Assembly: GCF_006345805.1 (NCBI RefSeq)
Contig: NC_042999.1
Span: 66,774,001-66,838,000, forward strand
Direction of reading: 5' to 3'
Length of the DNA: 64,000 nt
Origin: Octopus sinensis
Lineage: Eukaryota
The notes under the pieces are model-generated. The model had not been told where the DNA came from, searched no databases, and saw only the letters and a program-made list of their open reading frames with translations. The first letter of the stretch is position 1. Each line of letters opens with the position of its first letter. The translations under genes and the position numbers were made by a program. Shown one piece after another: positions 55,053 through 64,000 of the stretch.

Positions 55053-56140
55053 ATATATAGAGAAATATATATAGAGAAGTAAATATATAAAGAGAAATAA
55101 AGAAATATACATAGCAACGTAAAAGAAATGCAGAGGCGTGATAAAATTGTATGAGAGACGTGGGTGTGAGATGCTATTAATGAGGAATTCACTGATATAC
55201 AAGTAGCTACAACACTAGTGCAAGGAATGTTTTGCTTTTAGAGGGAAGAAAATTTGGGAAGACAAGAGAACTGGGTTAGAAATGAATGAATGGCGTTAAA
55301 GAGGGTGAAGAAGAAATCAGGTGGAGCGTAAGGTGAGAGCAGGAGCGAAGGTGAACTGAAAGAAAATTAAGGGTAACATTGGGGAAAAGAGAAGAAATGA
55401 CTAAAATAAATAACTGATGGAAAATTGTAAATAAACAAATACATAAAAACACAACACCGTCGAAAAGTTCAGAGCGATAAACAACAGAACAAATGTCGAG
55501 AAAGTGCAACTGCCCATATTATGTTAAGGTGGAATAGAAGGTAACAGACACACAGGGTAGCCCCAAAATAGGTTTATAGTCATTCAACTATCTCTTTCGC
55601 ATTCATATATTAACAGTTTAGATCTTAATTAAAAAAAAAAATATGAAACCATTATTCTATGGAAGTTTAGTTAATTGTAAGATAGAAATTTAAATGTAAT
55701 AAAATGTTTTCAAAGAAATTTAAAGTGCCTACGTGATAACTGTAAACCTACTTTTGGGCCACCCTGTATATGTATGCATATGATGGGGGTTTGAAGCGTT
55801 TATAGCGGAAAAGAGAGAGTCAAAGATGATACTTCATTTTCAATGCATGGTTTAGAAGGGATAGTGAGCAATTATATGAAAGAGGAAATCTGATGCAGGG
55901 TCATGAAATCTCTTAGACAATAGACTGACGAAGAGTGAGAAGATGAGTAACAGAAGAAAAGGTTGAAAGCGTTTGTGCGATCGATTGCGTATGCGATCGA
56001 TTGCGTGTGTTAATGACCTTAAGCGATTGTGGGAGGGAAGTTCTTCAGGCAAAGTGGAAATAGCAAGGAGTGGAGAAGAGAAGAAAACTCAATCAGTTAT
56101 ATGACTGTCGATTAGTATCTCATAATTGCTTATTAATTGC

Positions 56141-56555
56141 GTATGAGTGGCTGTGTGGTAAGTAGCTTGCTTAGCAACCACATGGTTCCGGGTTCAGTCC
56201 CACTGCGTGGCACCTTGGGCAAGTGTCTTCTACTATAGCCTCGGGCTGACCAAAGCCTTGTGAGTGGATTTGGTAGACGGAAACTGAAAGCCCGTCGTAT
56301 ATATGTATATATATATGTATGTGTGTGTATGTTTGTGTGTCTGTGTTTGTCCCTCCCCCCAACATCACTTGACAACCGATAGTGGTGTGTTTACGTCCCC
56401 GTAGCTTAGCGGTTCGGCAAAAGAGGCCGAAAAAATAAGTATTAGGCTTACAAAGAATAAGTCCTGGGGTCGATTTGCTCGACTAAAAGGCTCTGCCCCA
56501 GCATGGCCACAGTTAAATGACTGAAACATGTAAAAGAAGGTAAAAGAAAAAGAGA
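56141..56555 (+). mobile_element. SINE family A inserted in the pre-exon F block
   Basis: Full head-to-tail match; flanks rejoin the duplicated unit. Confidence 0.85.
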
Positions 56556-56899
56556 ATATGTTCATTGTAAATTACAACAACCACTTATTGTTCTTAAGTT
56601 CATTGACGAAATTCATTTAAATTTTAAAATAAATGAGAATAATTGAAATGATAATTATTGAATAAATGCAATTTTCTGTCAATAACGTGTTATAACTAAT
56701 AGTTCAAATCCAGAAAGCCCAATGAATAATGTGTGAGGCAGATAAAGAATTCAAGTTAGAAATTTGTGGGAAGAGATATGCAATGGTAAAGAGTTGTTTT
56801 AAACATAATAAAGGTTGTAAGTTAATCTCTGCGATAGAAACAGCTTGATGACGCTTTGGAAAACAGATATGACAAAAGAAGAATTCTGAAGTTACAACC

Positions 56900-57365
56900 A
56901 GGTGTACTGACCGTGAACAATAATTTTAAAAGAAAATTATATTTTTCAAATTTTAGAATTTTCTAGGTGTCACTGTCGATTTTTCTGCCGACGAAATCAT
57001 ACATACGAAATGCATCGTGATCGGTATTTCGAGTGTCTGAAAAATAAATGTCTCATCCGATAGTTGTAAATTGTCTTCAAAGTACTCAACAAAAGGAACA
57101 AAATGATTTCTGATATTAAAATCAATAATTCTAAGCAGAAAAGCGCGACCATCTGCTCAGCGGCTGTGAGGAGAAATCATTGAATCACTATCCGTGAGTT
57201 ATCAGAGGATATGCAGATTAGTTACGGTTCAGTTCATTATCAGTGAAGATTTGGGTATGAGAGGCGTGCACCAAAACTGCTTTCAGCTGACCAACAAGAC
57301 ACTCGGGTTTCAGTTGCACAATATCTCCTTGATTGTGTCGGAAACGATGAAAACTTTTTTTAAAC
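56900..57365 (+). mobile_element. Mariner N-terminal fragment inserted upstream of exon F
   Basis: ITIRELSEDMQISYGSV..SEDLGMR..D..TRVSVAQYLLDCVGNDENF remnants. Confidence 0.7.
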
Positions 57366-57670
57366 TTTTCGTAGGCATATGAGCAGGTATCGCCAAGTTT
57401 TTGGCAACATTTGAAGTAGATTCTCTGCTGAACTTACTCTCTCGTGGCCAATTCGACAATCACACGCTACACACCTTCCTTCCAAGCACTGCTGCAAAAC
57501 AGTGGAATTGAACTAGAACGTTAGAACTTAGTGCACTTGCATATCAGAGTTTGAGGTCAATCTGTGCCAAGCGGCTTTGCATTGCGTGCTTCGTTACTAT
57601 GGCAACAGTCTGGATACTTATTGATCAGACTACGTATATAAAACAATGATTTATTCTATTCTAAACTTTG

Positions 57671-57777
57671 TTCTTACTCTACGGCTATGTCTAAAGACTT
57701 GCCGACGACTACGTAGATACGATCCAACTTCGGTTCCGTTTAGAGAGTGTCTGAAGGATAAATGTAACACTTCGTAA
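57671..57777 (+). pseudogene. Orphan terminal exon F with mutated acceptor: (V)LTLRLCLKTCRRLRRYDPTSVPFRECLKDKCNTS
   Basis: Intact C-x3-C-x15-C-x4-C with the first Cys 17 nt into the exon as in D and E, but the acceptor position reads ctttg| instead of ttttag|; AATAAA 57841; homologous 3' flank. Confidence 0.6.
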
Positions 57778-58639
57778 GATTTCAAGTATATACGAAAACA
57801 TTGTAGCCTTTCATTGTTTTAAATTTTTGTCAATGCGCGGAATAAAGCAACAAAGTGATTTCAGATCTGAAAACCGATAACTCTAAACAGAAAAGACAAA
57901 GGGGCTGCTGAAATTTCGCATTGCCACTTGACAGCTCACCGGATCATATTTCGGAAGATGGATATTTTTTTCTTTGCTGTGTAAAACCCTTACTTATCAC
58001 AACAAATATATCACACACTACGAAATCTGTGATCACATATTTGTGTGATGGAATTATTTCATTTTTAATTACTTGAGGCTGATGATGACTAGTAAATTGG
58101 AAAGTTGCTAAAGCGTAGTACGAATCCAAGACGTTTTAAATAGTTGAATCAACCGCGTTTAGTGAGATTAATTCTACTATAAAGAAAGAGTAAACAACCT
58201 ACTAATATAATTTTGTTTTCACTAACTTATTATACAATTCAATAAGTTAAACATACTGCTTTAGTGAAGAGAAAAATCATTTTCTACTTGACTAATTCTA
58301 CACAGAATAGTGAACTCCACAATGTTAATTTTGTTTCGCCTTTCTTATATATATTTTACGTAGTGTAGTGTAATCCACTGATATGCATCCCGTTTCCCTG
58401 CTAAAACTGCATTTGTATGTTGTGAATGGACCACTGAATTTCGAGCAATTGAACAAAACATTATTGTTTAATTTAAATTATTTAATTTCAATATGATTAT
58501 AAGAAGAAAAGAAAGAAAATCCACTATAGAGACTTATATATACGGTATTACTTATTCTGGGTATTCCTCACTAAAGGAATATCCTCGCTTCATACATCAA
58601 TTAAGCAACTAAATTACTAGCCGTCAAATTTCGTTCTAT

Positions 58640-59080
58640 AGGCACTCTTAAATTAGAAGTGCGTGCACGCGGGCATGTCAGTCTGTGTGTGCGTGTGTGT
58701 GGGAGATTGGAAGTAATGACCTTAAAGGTGTGTGGCGGGGAAGGTGTGGAACAGGCTGTTCAGGCAAAGTGAAAGCAGCGAGGAGTGGAGAAGAGAAGAA
58801 AATCAATTATATGACTGTCAATTAGTATCTCGTAATTGCTTATTATATATTCATTGACAATGTAAATTACAATAACCACTTATTGTTCTTAAATTCATTG
58901 ACGAAATTCATTTAGAATTTTAAATAAATTAGGATTAATTAAAACAATAATCATTGGATAAATGCAATTTTCTGTCAATAACGTGTTATAACTAACAGTA
59001 TACAGTTAAAATCCAGAAAGACCAATGAATAATGCATAAGGGAGATGGAGGATTCAAATGAGAAAGTTGTGGAAAACGAC
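58640..59080 (+). repeat. Truncated further copy (G) of the duplicated pre-exon block; no exon found
   Basis: Homologous to 37440-38170, 52650-53040 and 56000-56780; homology stops at gttgtggaaaacgac where a palindromic element begins. Confidence 0.65.
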
Positions 59081-59255
59081 ATATTTGTCCTCATCTTGTT
59101 TGTTGTTAACACAACGTTCCGACTGATTTACCCTCCAGCCTTCATCAGGTGTCTTGGGGGAATTTCGAACCCAGGTTCGAAATTTCCTGAAGAAGGCTGG
59201 AGGGTATATCAGCCGAAACGTTGTATTAACAACAAACAAGATGAGGACAAATATC
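59078..59255. mobile_element. Palindromic element with a hammerhead-like core in each arm
   Basis: About 75-bp inverted arms; plus arm CTGAAGA A GGCTG..CAGCC GAAAC GTT at 59187-59222; minus arm has GAAA mutated to GGAA. Confidence 0.65.
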
Positions 59256-59343
59256 CGTCAATTGTAAATAATGTTAATACTGTACATAATTCCTCATCTC
59301 TTAAATATAAGACAGTAAATATCTGTATATATTACACATATGA

Positions 59344-59402
<59 letters not shown>

Positions 59403-60594
59403 ATACATCATATATAGATGTATGTGAATATATAATATATATAGAGTATGTACACGTTACAGTAAGAAGAGATATACCTAAATAAAGCAGTAGGGTAAAC
59501 ATCTAGACAGGTATAAAGAAGCTAAAAGATTTGAGTACCGAAAAACGCAGGAAAATTTTAGCTAAGCAGTTTAAAGCACATAAATGTATTTTTAACATAA
59601 TTAGGTTTTTTAAGAATCTCAATAAAACATTTTTCCAATAATTCAGTGCAGCAAAGTTTATATGCACACCTATCATTTATAGGAGGCAAAACATGCTTGA
59701 CTATGTTCTAGGTAATATGGAGCATTATCTTTGAATTCTCCATATTTTTGAGCGACTGGCTTATATTTACCTGTATTACGTCTCCCAAATGTATGAACAT
59801 TATTACATAATCTTTTCTTGAATCTGTTTGCAGTAGAACCAATATAAGTATACGTTGTTCTATTACTGTGGATTTCATATCTACAAATGTTTTTAGTTAG
59901 GCAAGAATTGTTACGAGGTTATTGAAATCTGTTTCTAAAATTACATATCACCTCCGGTGATAAGTAAACGTGACAGGTATTATTCATATCATTACTACAC
60001 CCAATATTACTATTTGCCAACGTATCAATGTGAATAACGTCAATATTATCATCCACAGTAGACAACGAGTTGACAGAATCGTTAGCTCACCGGACAGAAT
60101 GGTTAATGGCATTTCATTCGAATGTACGTTCTGAGTTCAAACTCCGGCAAGGTCATTACCTATCCGATAAAACTAGTATCAGTTGGTCACTGGCATTGAT
60201 GTAATCGACTCCCTCCTTCCCTCGACATAATTGGTCTTGTACCAAAATTTGAAATCACTATTGCCATCTTATGTTAATATCACTGATTTTGTTGCCAGCA
60301 TAAATACTGCTATTGTAAAAGTAGGTTACATTGGTTATACATATATGGTTGTGGAAAATGTAGAAGCAGACTGACAAAAGCTTTCAAAAGCAGGGCGAAA
60401 TGTTACTATGCATGCTTAGTGGCATTTTGTCCGATTTTATGTTCTGAATTCAAGATCCGCAGAGGTCTGCTTTACCTTTCATCTTCCGGGGTTGGTAAAA
60501 GAAGAACCAGTCGAGCACTGAGATTGATTTAATCGACTTAGAACCTCCCCCGAAATTACTGGCTGTGTGCAAAATTATGAAACCAATACTATAT

Positions 60595-61373
60595 GGTTTG
60601 ACTCGGGTTCGATCTTATTCCTGGTAGGATTCTTATATTTATGCAGGTAAATGGTAACTACCTGTGACCTTAGGTATCCACAAGTTTTCAGTAGTCTTTC
60701 AAGTCTTAGAACCCTCCTAATAATCTTCGCTGTCCCTAAGGAGCTCTACCGGGAATTCTATTTCAATCTCTTTTAGCCATTTTTCCTATATCTTCGGTTA
60801 CTGTTTCCCGTGCACAAATTATCATAGATACGACCTTTACTGTTCTCATACTCCAAATTCTTCTTATTTCAAATATTAAGAGATTATATTTGTGGGGTGC
60901 CCTTTTACTTTACGATACTGGGATCAAATGGACATGATGGGTCGATTAGTAAGCAACTTAGCTTTTCCTTATCTATAACTGTTATTTCCGGTCTATTATT
61001 TTCTAACTTATTGTCTGTTTCAATAGGTAAGTCCCACAAGATCTTACATTTCTCCGACTCCTGTACTCTTTCGACTGGATGATTACGCCATGTGTTTCCA
61101 ACTTCAAATCCCTGTTTCTGGCACAGTTTCAAGTGTAAAACCTTTACAACCTGTCCATGCCTCCGTTTCTTATATTCTTCCAGTGCCAACGTCGAGCATT
61201 CTGTCTAAATGTGTGCTACTATCTCGTTCCAAGTTCCAGAGTCTCTACAAATTTCTGAAACATTCTCTCCACGTATATTTGTTTTTGTTGTTTGATCTTG
61301 GGCTGCTTCAATTAGACTCTCTGTTTCTTTTGTTTTAACTGCTCCTTTTTAACCAAACCCAGGATTGTTATTA

Positions 61374-61439
<66 letters not shown>

Positions 61440-62330
61440 TTCATATATACTCAACAGATTATTCTGTTGGAAAACAAAAAAATCTTAACATCGAGCTACA
61501 ACACGTAAACTTAAATGCCTTAGAACACTCCTAAGTCTCTAAGTGGTTCAAAGTGACACGCAACGTCAACTATATAGCACATGTGGTGCATCCTATCGAC
61601 GACCACAATGTCCTGTCTGTTATGCTCTGGCACCTGATCAACGATATGAAAGAAAAGACCAAGAAAGATCAGGTACAAGAGAATAACAGTACTGCGCCTT
61701 CCTACAAGCACTCATCAAGATGTTGCGCTATCCTTTCGTCCAGTAAACTCGGACTCCATCCAGTTCTGGACTCTTTCAATTTGGAAATTTCCTTAACTGC
61801 TTTTTCATCATTTCTGTAGTTATCTTTATGTCGTCTGGGCCTTCTATATTTCTGAACCTATCTTGGATTTCATACAGCTGCTCCGCTTCATCATTACAGG
61901 TCGGTTTCAGGACCCTCTCCAGAATGCCCTGCTTACCTTTCCTCTGCATCTGGTATCATTGTTACGCGTAATCTCCTATCTCGTTCCCGAAACAGTTTTT
62001 TTTTTTTTTTAGATTTACTTCAAACAATATCTTTTGCCTGAATTGTTTTGTTTTATTGTCGCATCTTTCTAGTTTTGCTCTAACTGCTACTACTCCTTGT
62101 TTCAATTCTTCCAATTTCTCTAAGACCGGTAGGAGGAGAGGCAAATGCTATTGCGATTATCGAGACTGAATTAAATGTTTGCTGCATATTGAAATTCCTC
62201 TAACGGATTCCCACCGAAGGACAGATTAAGGTGGAAGCTTAATAAGGCAAAAGAAGGTAAAACATTTGATGATATTGACAACAGAAATTTTAATGTACAC
62301 AGCATTTTAGTATTCGAGGTACTCTCGCAG
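60595..62330 (-). mobile_element. Degenerate R4/Dong-like non-LTR retrotransposon (restriction-like endonuclease region)
   Basis: KILWDLPIETDNKLENNRPEITVIDKEK..CLLIDPSCPFD; YKKRRHGQVVKVLHLKLC. Confidence 0.75.
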
Positions 62331-62738
62331 GTAACTATTGCGATCACTGAGAGCTCCATGAAAATGTTATGATTGACTTAATGTTGTAAAACGGGTTAGA
62401 TTAGGAAAGGCCGAAAATTCAAATGACAATAGCCAAAATACGTTCTACTTAGGATCATATGAATGAATCACTGTCATCAAGCTATAAAATGTTCATTGCG
62501 ATGCAAAACACTGACTACATACTCTTGTGAATGGAAAACGACTAGAGTATGCATTAATGTTTGTTTGTGTATCTTTTCTTAGGCTATATATATATATAAA
62601 TATATATATATTATATATGTATATATATGTATATATATATATGTATATATATGTGTATATATATATATATATGTATATATATGTATATATATATATATGT
62701 ATATATATATGTATATATATATATGTATATATATGTAT

Positions 62739-62804
<66 letters not shown>

Positions 62805-62805
<1 letters not shown>

Positions 62806-63209
62806 GGCGCAGGAGTGGCTGTGTGGTAAGTAGCTTGCTAACCAACCACATGGTTCCGGGTTCAGTCCCACTGCGTGACATCTTGGGCAAGTGTCTTCTG
62901 CTATAGCCCCGAGCTGACCAATGCCTTGTGAGTGGATTTGGTAGACGGAAACTGAAAGAAGCCTGTCGTATATATGTATATATATATAAGTGTGTGTGTA
63001 TATCTTTGTGTGTCTGTGTTTGTCCCCCTAGCATTGCTTGACAACCGATGCTGGTGTGTTTACCTCCCCGTCACTTAGCGGTCGGCAAAAGAGACCGATA
63101 GAATAAGTACTGGGCTTACAAAGAATAAGCCCCGGGGGCGATTTGCTCGATTAAAGGCGGTGCTCCAGCATGGCCGCAGTCAAATGACTGAAACAAGTAA
63201 AAGAGTAAA

Positions 63210-63211
<2 letters not shown>
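62805..63211 (+). mobile_element. SINE family A
   Basis: Near-identical to 43122-43549. Confidence 0.9.
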
Positions 63212-63246
<35 letters not shown>

Positions 63247-63247
<1 letters not shown>

Positions 63248-63530
63248 GGAGGTAGAGGCACATGGCCTAGTGGTTAGAGCAGTATACTGGCGGTCGAGGG
63301 ATCGCGGTTTCGAATCTCAAACTGAGTGGTTTATGAGCGAAAGGCAGAAGGTAGCGTCGAAATTCTGCTGACTCTTTCGCCACAACTTTCTCTCACTCCT
63401 TCTTCCTGCATCTTGCAACTCACCTGCGACGGACCGGCGTCCCGTTCAGGTGGGGAACCTATACGCCAAGGAAACCAGGAAACCGGCCCTTATGAGCCAG
63501 GCGTAGCTCGAGAAGGAACAAACAATATAA
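63247..63530 (+). mobile_element. SINE family C-related
   Basis: tRNA-like head and shared tail. Confidence 0.75.
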
Positions 63531-63614
63531 TGAGAGAGAGAGAAAGAAAATACTATAGTCTGATATGATTCAAGTATATATATATATATATATATAATAT
63601 ATATATATATACGT

Positions 63615-63681
<67 letters not shown>

Positions 63682-63699
63682 TATGTACCTTTGTATGTA

Positions 63700-63905
63700 T
63701 TCCTTTATTCTTTTACTTTATTCAACCATTTGACTCTGGCCATGCTGGAGCACCGCCTTTAGTTGAAGAAATTGACTCTAGGGCTTATTCTTTGTAAACC
63801 TAGTACTCATTCTATCAGTTTTCATTTGTCGAACCGCTAACTTACGGGGACATAAACACACTAGCCTCGGTTGTCCGGCGGTAGCGGAGGAATAAACAAA
63901 GTCAC
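63700..63905 (-). mobile_element. SINE family A tail
   Basis: Reverse complement of the ggcggtgctccagcatggcc tail. Confidence 0.75.
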
Positions 63906-63960
63906 ACACACACACACATAAATATATGCATATATATATATAATATATATAATATATATA

Positions 63961-63991
<31 letters not shown>

Positions 63992-64000
63992 CATATATAT

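Overview
Eukaryotic, AT-rich, microsatellite- and repeat-dense genomic DNA. The tRNA-derived SINE families and repeat load resemble an octopod cephalopod genome (inference, not verified). Nearly all ORFs in the supplied track are artefacts of (TA)n/(CA)n repeats or transposon relics. The host content is a + strand cluster of small spliced genes for secreted cysteine-rich peptides, which the ORF track misses. Their architecture is: conserved promoter cassette (CATTGAA / TGATAA / TG(A)ACAGYT(T)GG / TATATAAG), short non-coding exon 1, a 61-nt signal-peptide exon, a phase-1 intron, then a terminal exon encoding a C-x3-C-x15(12-18)-C-x3/4-C module. Gene A (5.4-11.2 kb, 81 aa, two modules) and gene C (26.2-32.5 kb, 65 aa) are complete. 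Locus B (20.0-21.6 kb) has an intact promoter but an apparently decayed coding part. Downstream of gene C are three more paralogous terminal exons (D 38.4 kb, E 53.8 kb, F 57.7 kb) and a truncated fourth unit. These were duplicated with their flanks, but I found no intact promoter or signal exon for them. The candidate new system is therefore one leader exon serving an array of hypervariable mature-peptide exons (venom- or defensin-like, by inference). The rest is mobile DNA: mariner, maT and Chapaev-like relics, RTE, CR1, R4 and Tx1 LINE fragments, three SINE families, and Penelope-derived elements carrying several minimal type-I hammerhead ribozymes. No expression data or database search supports any call, and percent identities are by-eye estimates.
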